From a virus, in the IMG/VR virus record IMGVR_UViG_3300005529_000024, positions 32,001-96,000 of that record: 64,000 bases of DNA; one strand, given 5' to 3'. The position numbers and the translations under genes are program-made. Positions 37,838 to 48,281 of this stretch are shown piece by piece (the stretch's first letter is position 1; each line of letters starts with the position of its first letter). The notes beneath the pieces are model-generated. The model did not search any database, was not told the DNA's origin, and saw only the letters and a list, made by a program, of their open reading frames with translations.

Positions 37838-39652
37838 ATGGCTATCAACGATAAATTACTTTACACCAGCACAGATTTTTTGACTGCTAGAGCTAACATG
37901 ATCCAGATTGCTCAAGCAAACTTTCCACAATGGAATGATTTCTTTGAGAGCAATAATGGAGTTATGCTTATTGAGTTATTCGCTCACGTTCTAGATCTGT
38001 TGGCATTCTATCAGAATAGGCAGGCAAATGAAGCTTTCATTGATCGTGCTCAGATCCGGGAAAATATAGTCTCTTTAGCGGCAAACATCGGTTATCAGCT
38101 TTCTACTGCAACAGCCGCTATTGCTCTGGTTAATTTTACGCTAAACACTCCATCTCCTAATCCGATTGTTATACCTGGTAACAACCCGCTTACCAGAACC
38201 AGGATTCAAACAGCGAATGGTCTTGTATTTGAAGTTCTTGCAGATGCTACTATACCAGTTGGTAGCACGAGTATAAGTAATATACTCGTAAAACAGGTTG
38301 AGACAAACGATTTTGCTACTACGAGTGATGGATCTCCCAGACAGGCATTTACTCTACCTATCTCTCCATTTGTGAACGATGGTAGCGTAATAGTGTTGGT
38401 CAATAATGTGCCCTGGAGCCAAGTATCAAACTTTTTAAACAGCGCAAACACAAGCACTAATTTTACAGTTGAGATTGATAGTTTCAATCGCGGTATTATT
38501 GTATTCGGTGATGGTGTTAACGGATCTATACCTCCTACTGGTGCAACAATCGAAGTACAGTATCCTGTTGGCGGTGGTTCTGCTGGTAACGTCGCGCCAA
38601 ACACTATTACCCAGATTCAACAAACTATCACAGACACTCTAGGTAATCCAGTAAACATTCTTGTCACAAACCCTCTTCCTGCTGTCGGTGGTACTGATGA
38701 AGAGGATATAAATACAGCGAGGGTAAATGCTCCTGCATCTATTCGTGCGTTGTCAAGAAGCGTGACAAAGGATGACTTTAAGCTTAACTCGTTACATGTT
38801 TCTGATGTCGCAAGGGTGAATGTTCTATCCTTGGATGATATCACAGTTCAGTATAACATAGCTTTAGGAAATGGTGCTACAGTAACATTCTCCGGAACAT
38901 TACCTAATGCACCTATTCGAATTGGTACATTAACCATAGTCGCAGGGACCATATTTGCTGTAGACGCAAATGGTGATGGAATCTTCGATTCTACTACAGG
39001 TTTAATCGGTGGTACTATTAACTATAGTACCGGAGCATTTTCGATTACATATCTTGCTCCTCCGGTTACTGGTCAGCCTATCATTGCTGAATATGTAAAG
39101 CTTGTGACACCATTCATTCCAGAAGATACAGTGTTTCTTTATGTAGTGCCGATTGGAGGAGGTGAAGCTCCACAGTCTCTTCTTAATTCTGTATACAATG
39201 AAGTCACGAACGTATTTCCAAATACGATTACGCAAAGAATTATCGTTGCTACAGCGATATATAAATCTATAGATTTGGTAGGTCGTATTCATATTAGATC
39301 CGGGTTTGATTTATCGACTGTTCGCACTAATGTTGTCAATGCTCTTAACACATTCTTTAACCCGACAACATTAGACTCTTCTGGTAATTTTGTTCGTAAT
39401 TTCGGAGAGACTCTTTACCCTTCTGAGCTTATCGCTACGATTCAAGATGCTGGTGGTGTTTTAACTGTCGCATTGACTCAGATAGCTGGAGTATCCGTAA
39501 GTAGCCTAGATACACCCATTCAGTTAGATATAGATCAACTACCTATGCTTGGTAATCTTAATATAACATTCATTGATACAGCGGGTAATACTCTTGCCGT
39601 TATCGAGCCAGCTTTCAATTATGAAGCTGGTCGAGGTGGTTCTTTCGTATAA
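37838..39652 (+). CDS. Baseplate wedge protein (gp6/J-like)
   Basis: YTS.DF, WNDF.ES..G.MLIEL, FGDGVNG..P, GG.D.E, R.VT..D. Confidence 0.92.
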   Translation: MAINDKLLYTSTDFLTARANMIQIAQANFPQWNDFFESNNGVMLIELFAHVLDLLAFYQNRQANEAFIDRAQIRENIVSLAANIGYQLSTATAAIALVNFTLNTPSPNPIVIPGNNPLTRTRIQTANGLVFEVLADATIPVGSTSISNILVKQVETNDFATTSDGSPRQAFTLPISPFVNDGSVIVLVNNVPWSQVSNFLNSANTSTNFTVEIDSFNRGIIVFGDGVNGSIPPTGATIEVQYPVGGGSAGNVAPNTITQIQQTITDTLGNPVNILVTNPLPAVGGTDEEDINTARVNAPASIRALSRSVTKDDFKLNSLHVSDVARVNVLSLDDITVQYNIALGNGATVTFSGTLPNAPIRIGTLTIVAGTIFAVDANGDGIFDSTTGLIGGTINYSTGAFSITYLAPPVTGQPIIAEYVKLVTPFIPEDTVFLYVVPIGGGEAPQSLLNSVYNEVTNVFPNTITQRIIVATAIYKSIDLVGRIHIRSGFDLSTVRTNVVNALNTFFNPTTLDSSGNFVRNFGETLYPSELIATIQDAGGVLTVALTQIAGVSVSSLDTPIQLDIDQLPMLGNLNITFIDTAGNTLAVIEPAFNYEAGRGGSFV

Positions 39653-39663
39653 GGAATTAATAA

Positions 39664-40479
39664 ATGGCTTTTGATTCGGTTGTAAACTTTGGGAAAGTAA
39701 CTGTTTCTATTGGTTACGATTCTTCTGCAATTTCTATCGTCTTGAACTCAGGGGATGGTGCTAAACTTCCGTCTACTACTCCATATAACATTATTTGGTG
39801 GAACTCTACTGACTATGTAGATCCTACAGATGATCCTAACGTTGAGATTGTCCGTGTTACTGCTAGATCAACCGATACATTGACTGTTACAAGAGCACAG
39901 GAAGGTACAAGCGCCTCTAATAAGAACACAGCAGGTAAGACATATAAAATGATCTTAGCTCTTACTGCTAAGATGATAACAGATATAGATGCAGGCAAAG
40001 TATCGAGTGTAGTAGCTGGCACAAACATAACTGTTGATAGTACTGATCCTAAGAATCCTATTGTTAAAGGCTTATTCTTGCCGGGAGCAAGAGTCTTCAA
40101 TAGCGTTGATCAGTCTGTCGCCAATACAACTATCGTCGCATTCGATAGTGAGCGTTGGGATACAGACAATATTCATGATAACGTCACCAACAACTCTAGG
40201 CTGACATGTAATACACCAGGTAAGTATCTGATTACATTCCATGGTAGGTTAACAGGTGCAGCATCTTCAATGGCTTTTCAGATATATTTAAATGGTGCTA
40301 CAATTATAGCTTATTCTACTTCTCTCAACGCATCTTCTGGCGATACAATGACTATCTCTACAATATATGATCTCGCAGCAAATGACTATGTACAGATTAG
40401 AGTAGTAGGAAATGCTACAGTGACATTATCACATGCTGCTAACTATTCAGCGGAATTCATGATGCAGAGAATTGGTTAA
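39664..40479 (+). CDS. Tail fibre/RBP with shared N-terminal anchor and C1q/TNF-like C-terminal domain
   Basis: EIVRVTA...L.V.RAQEGT; FD.E.WDTD..H......SRLT..T.GKY. Confidence 0.7.
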   Translation: MAFDSVVNFGKVTVSIGYDSSAISIVLNSGDGAKLPSTTPYNIIWWNSTDYVDPTDDPNVEIVRVTARSTDTLTVTRAQEGTSASNKNTAGKTYKMILALTAKMITDIDAGKVSSVVAGTNITVDSTDPKNPIVKGLFLPGARVFNSVDQSVANTTIVAFDSERWDTDNIHDNVTNNSRLTCNTPGKYLITFHGRLTGAASSMAFQIYLNGATIIAYSTSLNASSGDTMTISTIYDLAANDYVQIRVVGNATVTLSHAANYSAEFMMQRIG

Positions 40480-40553
40480 AAATAGATTTCTAATTTTTCT
40501 TCAGCATCAAAGTTTCTGGTATGTTACGTTAATAATTTTTTGATTGGTCTACT

Positions 40554-41369
40554 ATGTTAGCAACTTATGGTTCAGCCGAACTAGGCAATCCATTACCTGG
40601 AATGGGTCAAATATTAGTGACCCAGACAAGCTCATTTAATGACGAATTCTTTAAACAATTAACAAACTCTGGATCATTTTATTATGAATTCTTAAAGCAG
40701 TTAATAAACAATAGCTCTTTTAATGATGAGTCTCATGGAGTAATAATTAGGTCCCCAATTTTTGACTACGAGTATACTCGTTTAATTCCCAATAGTAGAC
40801 TATTCAATGATGAATATAATATTAAAATAATCTTGGTATCTACATTCAATGATGAAGCACATGGCGTAATTACTTCATCGAGGATATTAGATCATGAGTT
40901 TCTGATCAAAAGAGTTATCAATTTTAATCTGATTCGTGAGAATCTAATATCTTTAAGTAATTCTAGAACTTTTGTTTATGAATTGTTACAGCGTATATTT
41001 CAGCGGGAAACTTCTACCTATGATGTCTCTAAGCTTGTTGCTGGCTTATCACAAGATGCATATGAGCATTTAAGGGCCGTACCCACTAATCGGATTTTTA
41101 ATTATTCGTTTTCAAAGCAGATAACAAAAGATATAGTATCTAATAACGAGCATACGATTATGGTTTTAAGTGGTAGCAGAGCTTTTTACTATGCATACTT
41201 TGGATCAATATCACAGAGTAAAGTTTTCGATTACGAGTTTCAGTCTTATCTTTCAAAGAGCAGAATATTCGATTATGAGTTGGGTGGATTTCTCATATCA
41301 AATAATAGGACACTGAACAATGAATCTAATATACAATTGGTCATTAAACTACCAAAATTTACAAAATAG
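40554..41369 (+). CDS. 14-aa repeat fibre-like protein
   Basis: S[RS]xF[ND][YD]E repeats with period 14. Confidence 0.7.
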   Translation: MLATYGSAELGNPLPGMGQILVTQTSSFNDEFFKQLTNSGSFYYEFLKQLINNSSFNDESHGVIIRSPIFDYEYTRLIPNSRLFNDEYNIKIILVSTFNDEAHGVITSSRILDHEFLIKRVINFNLIRENLISLSNSRTFVYELLQRIFQRETSTYDVSKLVAGLSQDAYEHLRAVPTNRIFNYSFSKQITKDIVSNNEHTIMVLSGSRAFYYAYFGSISQSKVFDYEFQSYLSKSRIFDYELGGFLISNNRTLNNESNIQLVIKLPKFTK

Positions 41370-41427
41370 TTGGGAATATTAAATGCCTATAGTTTCTCAG
41401 ATACTAGAATTTCCGGTGGAGTGTTAA

Positions 41428-43128
41428 ATGTATATTGCCGTAGGTTTTCCCGGATCAATCTATACAAGTAATGATGCTTCTTCTTGGACTGCACAAACTA
41501 GTGGTGTTAGTGTATCTCTTTCTAGGGTAGCGTTTGGGGCTGGATTAATCGTAGTAGTAGGTGACGTAGGCACGATTATAACATCGTCAGATGGAGGAGT
41601 AACTTGGACACCACGAACAAGTGGAACATCTGAATTCTTAAATGATGTTACTTGGACTGGATCAGTATTTATAGCAGTTGGGAATAATGGTACTGCCATT
41701 TATTCGCCTGATGGTATTACGTGGTCTGCTTTACCAATTGTTACTTCCAATAACCTTAATGGCGTTATATATGGCGCTGGAACTTATGTAATTGTAGGTC
41801 GTGTAAATAATATCACGGCTGCAATCTATACAAGCCCTGATTTAGTTACCTGGACATTTTCTGATGGCGGTATCGGAAGAGATTTAACTGCGATTACATA
41901 TGATGCAGGTTTAGGTCTGTTTGTTGTTTGTGGTAGGCTTGGTAAAATTGCTACATCTCCTGATGCCACTACATGGACAGTCAGAACTAGTGGGACATCA
42001 AATACTCTTTATGCTGCAACATCAGATGGTTCTGGTAATCTTGTAGTCGCTGGTGATGTTGGTACACTCTTAACGAGTTCAAATGGTACATCCTGGACAA
42101 CTCGTACTAGCTTAGCTCCAGATGTTATTCTGGGATTAGGGTATGGTAATGGCATATTCCTTGAGGCTGGTACTGTCAATTTTATCGGGACATCATCAGA
42201 TGGAGGAGCAACATGGACTGATCATTCCCAACCAGGTACTGATTTTGGTGGTGTAGCTTATGGTACAACAACAGTTACTGTTACTTCTCAGAGTATATTT
42301 GATTATGAGTTTTTAAGAACAGAGTCAACTAACTTTGAGTTTAAATCGTTTCCATCTCAGGATTCTACATTTGATTATGAATTTAATGCTGAGTTTGTTA
42401 ATTATCTTTCGTCATTTAACTATGAATATGGCGTAATCCTAGCTCAACAGAGAAATATAAATTACGAGTCTTACCAGAATATTGAATATACGTTTACTAT
42501 TCTGTATGAGACTGAGCTTTGTGTTCCAACAGTACCATCTGATTTTCTGTTCCAGCTTTTACCTGAGTTGTACAAAATAGTAGACGCGAGCCAAGGGCAG
42601 AATGTCTTATATACACTTCTTGTAAGTGTAATGGGATCATTTTTTGAAGATGCGATAAACAGTATCGAGAGCTTTGCAACAATCTTTAATTTCGAAAAAT
42701 GTGATCCTCGATATTTGGATCATCTTTTGTACCAGTTAGGAAACCCATTTGATATCTCTGGATTTTCTGATAATGATAAACGAAAGATTATCTCTTTGCT
42801 TGTACAAATCTACAAGCAAAAGGGAACAAAGCAAGGAATGATTAACGCTACCCGCGTGCTTACAAACCTTGATGTAGATATTAAAGAGGATTTGAAAGAG
42901 TATTATTGGAATATTGGAATTTCCTCTCTAGATCAACCTGCTAATCTATTTCCTGTTACATTTAATCGTGTCACAGTATTTAGACGTGCTACGATGAATT
43001 ACGAATATGGCCCTGGTATAAGCAGAGGTGCAATTGTTAACTATGAGGCTGACAGATTGACATCTGGATTCTCTGAAGAAACATTCGGTGATATGGTCTT
43101 TGCCAATGGTGGATTCGGCGGGTTATAA
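41428..43128 (+). CDS. Beta-propeller + 14-aa repeats + N-terminal part of baseplate gpI-like domain
   Basis: S.DG.TWT BNR-type blades; LLPELY..D, P.YLD.L...LG, R.......IYKQKGT..G. Confidence 0.75.
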   Translation: MYIAVGFPGSIYTSNDASSWTAQTSGVSVSLSRVAFGAGLIVVVGDVGTIITSSDGGVTWTPRTSGTSEFLNDVTWTGSVFIAVGNNGTAIYSPDGITWSALPIVTSNNLNGVIYGAGTYVIVGRVNNITAAIYTSPDLVTWTFSDGGIGRDLTAITYDAGLGLFVVCGRLGKIATSPDATTWTVRTSGTSNTLYAATSDGSGNLVVAGDVGTLLTSSNGTSWTTRTSLAPDVILGLGYGNGIFLEAGTVNFIGTSSDGGATWTDHSQPGTDFGGVAYGTTTVTVTSQSIFDYEFLRTESTNFEFKSFPSQDSTFDYEFNAEFVNYLSSFNYEYGVILAQQRNINYESYQNIEYTFTILYETELCVPTVPSDFLFQLLPELYKIVDASQGQNVLYTLLVSVMGSFFEDAINSIESFATIFNFEKCDPRYLDHLLYQLGNPFDISGFSDNDKRKIISLLVQIYKQKGTKQGMINATRVLTNLDVDIKEDLKEYYWNIGISSLDQPANLFPVTFNRVTVFRRATMNYEYGPGISRGAIVNYEADRLTSGFSEETFGDMVFANGGFGGL

Positions 43129-43140
43129 AAGGAGTTTTAA

Positions 43141-44172
43141 ATGTCTTTAGATCCAATTGTAAATTTCGGTGTAGTGACTACTGCTAATCTATATAACTCA
43201 GCAGCTACATCTATAGTCTTAGATGCTGGACAAGGTGCTAAGCTTCCAGCAGTAGATTCTGATAATCCAAATCCTATACCCGGATATGACCTTATTTGGT
43301 GGGATGGATTAACCTATTCTGCTCCTTCTGATGATCCTAATGTTGAGATCGTAAGAGTTACTGCTAAAGTTGGTGATACCCTTACGATTGCTCGCGCACA
43401 ACAGGGAACAGTAGCATCTAATAAAAACTCAGCGGGTAAGATCTATAAACTAGCACTTGGCCCCACGGCTAAGATGATGAGCGATATAAACAAATATATC
43501 GACTCGTTTGAGGATTGGTATACCGTTACTTGGGATTTTAATGGCGATACAACCAGCATGGATGCTAATGGTCTTCGTTTTTCTGCTGGTGGTTCTTATA
43601 CTATTACTGGTACCGGCATCAACGGGGAAATGACTATAGGTACGGATGCTAGTAGCCTTAGAGAGTGGGATATATACTCTAGGATTGTTGGCTATCCTGG
43701 TCCTGATCCCTATCCTTCTGTATTGGCATTTGGCTCTTCGCCTCATTATTGCAAGATGAGGATGACATCTGGTGATTCTACAAATACAAATAAAGTAATC
43801 GTGTTTGGGTTTTGTGGTTATCCCTATAATCTTAATCAGATGACTAATTTTACCCCTGGTGGATCTGCTAACGGTTGTTTCTTTAGGGTTAATGCTGCTG
43901 GTTCTGCTGCAAATATTTTTGCTGTTAATAAGAACGGTGTATCTGAGACTACATTTGATACTGGTATTCTAGACTCATCCTCTTATCATGTGTTTGAGAT
44001 TATAGCTACTTCATCTCAGGTGTTGTACTATATCGATGGATCATTGAGAACAACGCTCAGTACGAATATACCGACTGCTGCACAAGCTTTCCATATCGGG
44101 ATGCAGACAACCGATGCGGTAGGAAAGCTAGCTACGATTGATTGGATAAAATATACTAGACCGAGGACATAA
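43141..44172 (+). CDS. Tail fibre/RBP paralog with lectin-like (ConA-type) C-terminal domain
   Basis: N-terminal ~115 aa similar to 39664; YHVFEI....V.YYIDG.L..T.STNIP. Confidence 0.7.
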   Translation: MSLDPIVNFGVVTTANLYNSAATSIVLDAGQGAKLPAVDSDNPNPIPGYDLIWWDGLTYSAPSDDPNVEIVRVTAKVGDTLTIARAQQGTVASNKNSAGKIYKLALGPTAKMMSDINKYIDSFEDWYTVTWDFNGDTTSMDANGLRFSAGGSYTITGTGINGEMTIGTDASSLREWDIYSRIVGYPGPDPYPSVLAFGSSPHYCKMRMTSGDSTNTNKVIVFGFCGYPYNLNQMTNFTPGGSANGCFFRVNAAGSAANIFAVNKNGVSETTFDTGILDSSSYHVFEIIATSSQVLYYIDGSLRTTLSTNIPTAAQAFHIGMQTTDAVGKLATIDWIKYTRPRT

Positions 44173-44477
44173 TGCCTTCTGTATCGCAATTATCAGGATT
44201 CAACAGTGAGTTTAGACTTACTTCTCCGCTACCTCCAGCAATTGGTGTGGGTGGTAGTGCGTTATGGGAATATAACGCTAAACGTGTGATTTATTCGTTT
44301 ACCGTTGTTTTGCCTGTAGTTGTTGATTCTATAACATTAGAGAAGATTAAAGCAGTAATCGACTTTATGAAGCCTGCACATACGCATTATCGCATTGTAC
44401 AGCCGAATGAGGTTGGCGCACTAGATCATTGGCTTCTTGATATAAGTAGTTTAGATATCAATACACTATTGCATTAA
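44172..44477 (+). CDS. C-terminal part of baseplate gpI-like protein
   Basis: I..VIDFMKPAHTHY motif. Confidence 0.6.
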   Translation: MPSVSQLSGFNSEFRLTSPLPPAIGVGGSALWEYNAKRVIYSFTVVLPVVVDSITLEKIKAVIDFMKPAHTHYRIVQPNEVGALDHWLLDISSLDINTLLH

Positions 44478-44532
44478 AGAGGGTTAAATTGGATCAAGAC
44501 AAAAAGGTTTTGAAGCAACAGCTTTATGGAGG

Positions 44533-45189
44533 ATGACTACAATCGATCATAATAATTACTACTTCCAAGACATAGCAACAGCAAGCGATCTTAATCAGAA
44601 TGAAACTGATTTAGAGAATTTCTTCGCAAAGATGATTACTGAGATTATCGGATATGGTATTGTCACAAGTGTCACTATTACTCCTAATGGTACTCCTGAT
44701 AATACTATATTAATCCCGGTTCTTACTGCATATACAAATACAGGTAATCGAGTTTATACAGCAAATCAATCTCGTATTCTTGTCTACGGTACGTTTGGTC
44801 CAGAACAAGCTCTTGATGGGTTCACTCTTACTGGTAAAAATCTTACACCTATTACGAATAATCCTCTGATTGGGAATAATACTCCTATCAATCTCCCGTC
44901 AGCAGGAAATGAGATGTGGGTTTCTTTATTCCTTTATTTTGATCGGTTAGGTTCTGATCCTCGTGTTGATGGATTCGGTAATCCAATATTCTTCAGGATA
45001 TCAGATTCTTTTAAGTTTTATCTTGTTCAGGGTACACCAGCAGCAATAGGCTTAGCGATAAAGCCTACATTGCCTGGAGATAATTCGCTTCTCTTGGGTG
45101 ATATATATCTTAGAGATACCACAACTGATATTAGCGGTCCTAATCTAGATTTTTCACGTAAACAAGGTTTCACACGTATACCTTTTTAA
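44533..45189 (+). CDS. Tail fibre attachment-domain protein
   Basis: Paralog of N-terminus of 45386 (NYYFQ..DLNQ, DPRVDG.GNP, KPTLPGDN). Confidence 0.6.
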   Translation: MTTIDHNNYYFQDIATASDLNQNETDLENFFAKMITEIIGYGIVTSVTITPNGTPDNTILIPVLTAYTNTGNRVYTANQSRILVYGTFGPEQALDGFTLTGKNLTPITNNPLIGNNTPINLPSAGNEMWVSLFLYFDRLGSDPRVDGFGNPIFFRISDSFKFYLVQGTPAAIGLAIKPTLPGDNSLLLGDIYLRDTTTDISGPNLDFSRKQGFTRIPF

Positions 45190-45201
45190 GCTGGTTGACA
45201 A

Positions 45202-45384
45202 ATGGAAAAAGAAGAGCTTGATGCTCGTTGCTTTGCTTTATTCAGACGCATACAAGATTCAATGCAATCGATTAAAACAGAATCTATTAGCTCATTGTTA
45301 AATCCTAATTTAGAAACTCTTAACTCTATTTTATCCTCATTAGACTCTCTAAATAGATCTCTTAAAAAGAAGAAGGAGAAGTAA
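45202..45384 (+). CDS. Small hypothetical protein
   Basis: ORF filling the gap. Confidence 0.35.
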   Translation: MEKEELDARCFALFRRIQDSMQSIKTESISSLLNPNLETLNSILSSLDSLNRSLKKKKEK

Positions 45385-45385
45385 G

Positions 45386-47050
45386 GTGAACGGTTACAAT
45401 TTTTATTTCAAGCAATTAGTCGCTCATGGTGATTTAAATCAACTTGAGACTGATATCGATAGCCAGATTAGTTCCGTTATCGCTCAACTATTCGGCGCTG
45501 GTTGGTTGAATACTCCGGTTATTACGCAGACATTAGTTCCTAGTCTAGCTGTTCTTTTACCCACATTGTTAGGATATGATGGGTCCGGAGAGCGTGTACA
45601 GACAACAGTTGGCGTAACCCTTAATCTGACTAATGATGGATTTACTCCTATTGGGGCGACTGGAACAGTCACTGGAAATGGATCTGTTATAAGCGTTCCA
45701 GGTGGTGGATTTGAGCGTTGGTTATCTATATTCGGTTATCATTCTGTTTTGCAAACAGATCCTCGTGTGGACGGCGCTGGTAATCCTCTTTTTTATCGTT
45801 TGCTTGATAGTTTCCAATTTAGAGTTATCGCTGGAACGATTGCTGCAACTGGAACAGCGGTTAAACCTACGCTTCCAGGTGATAATGGGATTTTGCTTAC
45901 TGATGTCCTACTGACTCCTACAGGCATAATTGTTAATTCTAACATAGATCAAGTACGTAGACAAGATTTGCTTACTATCGCACAAGGCGTTGCTGAAACT
46001 ATTACTGCTCGTAACTCCACGCCTAAATTGACAATCTTTCCTAATTTGAAAGCTCGTCTTGATGCCGGTGAAACAGATTTAGTTGATCATAAACAGCCTA
46101 CTCAGGATGACCATTCTAATTATCTTCTTGCTGACGCTTCTCGTGCTTTAAGTAGTGGACCATTTCTCTATGGCGCTGCTAGCCGAGAGTTTAATAAGAA
46201 ATCAACCACAGATGGTGGATTTATCCGTCAGTATACTATTGATGAGGGCGGTGGGAATAAATGGTATGAAGAGACATGGAATGCTGGACGTGTTCTAGCT
46301 AGCGGTACTCCAACATCATCTTGGAATGGCAGAGACATAGCTGCTCCATGTTATCTAGAGCGTATTGGTATTGGTTTATCAAATTATGGTTTTAAAGAGG
46401 TATGGGTAGCTGCTACTGGTATTGCTGGCTCTGTTCCATCTTTTTCTCTAGTATTAAGATTAGACGGACTGAATAGTGCGACTACAATTAACGGCTCATC
46501 ACCATCTATCGGTTTGGTTGATAGTTCTGATACTATTGCTAGCATTGTTGGTAAGAATCATGCTGGTAGCCCTAGAGTACAAGCTTCTTTCCGTAATCTC
46601 TCTGCATTATTGGGAAGGTTTACTATCGATGATGCTAGCGGTACTCCAATTTTTGGATTCGATACAGCATCAAAGAAAATGGATCTCGGTAACGTACCTA
46701 ATCCAAGAATCATTACGTTAGCATCAGGTAATGGTGGCGGTACATGTTCTTTTTCCTCTGTTGCTACTGGTGATATTATTCTAGTAGTTGGTCAAGTAAA
46801 TTTTACCACTGTAGGTTCACTCGGTACTGTTACTATCAGTCTAGTACCTGTTGGTACTGCTGGTGTAACTAATCTTGGTGGTGGTTTAAAAACTATGTAT
46901 TGCGCTGCATCATCAAGTAACATCAGTGATATGTTTGCTCTGTATTTAGTTACTTCCCCAGGAACCATGTCATTTCATAATACTGCTTCTGGTGGTAATT
47001 TTAACACTCTTTCATCTGAAACAGTATCAGCTTTAAAATTTAACGCTTAA
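45386..47050 (+). CDS. Tail fibre protein
   Basis: Gly/Thr/Ser-rich; N-terminal domain shared with 44533. Confidence 0.7.
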   Translation: MNGYNFYFKQLVAHGDLNQLETDIDSQISSVIAQLFGAGWLNTPVITQTLVPSLAVLLPTLLGYDGSGERVQTTVGVTLNLTNDGFTPIGATGTVTGNGSVISVPGGGFERWLSIFGYHSVLQTDPRVDGAGNPLFYRLLDSFQFRVIAGTIAATGTAVKPTLPGDNGILLTDVLLTPTGIIVNSNIDQVRRQDLLTIAQGVAETITARNSTPKLTIFPNLKARLDAGETDLVDHKQPTQDDHSNYLLADASRALSSGPFLYGAASREFNKKSTTDGGFIRQYTIDEGGGNKWYEETWNAGRVLASGTPTSSWNGRDIAAPCYLERIGIGLSNYGFKEVWVAATGIAGSVPSFSLVLRLDGLNSATTINGSSPSIGLVDSSDTIASIVGKNHAGSPRVQASFRNLSALLGRFTIDDASGTPIFGFDTASKKMDLGNVPNPRIITLASGNGGGTCSFSSVATGDIILVVGQVNFTTVGSLGTVTISLVPVGTAGVTNLGGGLKTMYCAASSSNISDMFALYLVTSPGTMSFHNTASGGNFNTLSSETVSALKFNA

Positions 47051-47064
47051 TAAAGGAGCGAGAC

Positions 47065-47817
47065 ATGCCTATTAGTTCTAGTGATTTGCAACTTTATGGT
47101 TCTGCTCATATGCCAGAGGATGATCTTGTCTCTACTGTTGTAGGCGGTGCTATAAGCACAACTACGAAGTTGGAGTTCACTGATGTATCTACTCCTACGA
47201 CTGTATCAGTTTTTTCAAGCAATCCTGTGGATACGACACAGACTTTAACTATCACTGGTAGAGATACTTCAGGGAATATAGTCTCACAGATTCTGAGTTT
47301 ATCCGGTACTACGATTATAAATAGTACGCAGGTATTCGAGCGTATCCTCAAAATTGTTCTATCTGCTCCTGCTACTGGCACAGTATCTGTTGTTAGAAAC
47401 AATCCTCCTACTTATACTCCAATTGTTTCTATGCTTCCAGGAATACTCCAGGTTAGGCGTACATTTTATGCAGCTAGTTCTGGAGTATTACCAGCTACGC
47501 GATATGAGAAAGTATTTTTAAAGAATACTAATGGATCTTTTGTTCTTCAGAATGCAAAGGTTACTCTTACAGCAGATCCTTCTTCTAAGCTGTTGCTTGG
47601 TCTTGCTGCTGCTAAAAACGATTCTACATCCATTACGGGGAGACTTAATAATCCTCCTCCAGGAGTCACATTCGTTGGTCTTGGCGTTGATCAATTCTGT
47701 CCCGGTAATACTCTTGAGAATTCAGCTTATATAGGAGTGTGGATCAGTCAGACTTTACAGGCTAATGACCCTCCTGTTAAGAGTAGTGGAAATGTACGGA
47801 TTTTGGGAACGAGCTAA
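47065..47817 (+). CDS. Virion structural protein (paralog of 49057)
   Basis: YGSA.MPEDD..GGAI...TK.EFTD, FERILKIV, RYEK.F.KNT, DPSSKLLLGLA. Confidence 0.65.
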   Translation: MPISSSDLQLYGSAHMPEDDLVSTVVGGAISTTTKLEFTDVSTPTTVSVFSSNPVDTTQTLTITGRDTSGNIVSQILSLSGTTIINSTQVFERILKIVLSAPATGTVSVVRNNPPTYTPIVSMLPGILQVRRTFYAASSGVLPATRYEKVFLKNTNGSFVLQNAKVTLTADPSSKLLLGLAAAKNDSTSITGRLNNPPPGVTFVGLGVDQFCPGNTLENSAYIGVWISQTLQANDPPVKSSGNVRILGTS

Positions 47818-47819
47818 AT

Positions 47820-48269
47820 ATGATAGTAGAGAAGCGCGGAGATATTTTTGATGTGGAGGTTGACGCATTAGTTAATCCTGTTAATTGCGTCGGTGTGATG
47901 GGTAAGGGATTAGCTTTAGAATTCAAAAAGCGATTTCCAGGAAATTACCAATCTTACAAAGCAGCATGTTCTTCTGGATATTTAAAGCCCGGTGACATGC
48001 ATATAGCTATTACAGATTGTCCTTATCCAAAGTACATAATAAATTTTCCAACAAAAGATGACTGGCGTAATCCATCAAAGCTTGAGTATATACAGACTGG
48101 ATTGACTTCTCTGATCGATTGTATAGGAAGGTTGGATATTAGATCAATCTCGCTACCGGCGCTTGGTTGTGGTAATGGTAATCTTAGTTGGGATAGTGTT
48201 CGTCCTTTATTATATAACGCTTTCTCGCAACTATCTAATGTTAATGTATACATCTACACCCCATTATAA
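47820..48269 (+). CDS. Macrodomain protein, DarG/Poa1-like ADP-ribosylglycohydrolase
   Basis: GDIF..ALVN.VNCVGVMGKGLALEFK..FP, IINFPTK..WR.PS, PALGCGNG.L.W. Confidence 0.9.
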   Translation: MIVEKRGDIFDVEVDALVNPVNCVGVMGKGLALEFKKRFPGNYQSYKAACSSGYLKPGDMHIAITDCPYPKYIINFPTKDDWRNPSKLEYIQTGLTSLIDCIGRLDIRSISLPALGCGNGNLSWDSVRPLLYNAFSQLSNVNVYIYTPL

Positions 48270-48281
48270 AGGAAACATAAT

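Noticed and set aside
26550-39652. Bacterial contractile injection system or tailocin
   Set aside because: Capsid, protease, helicases and primase show this is a complete phage
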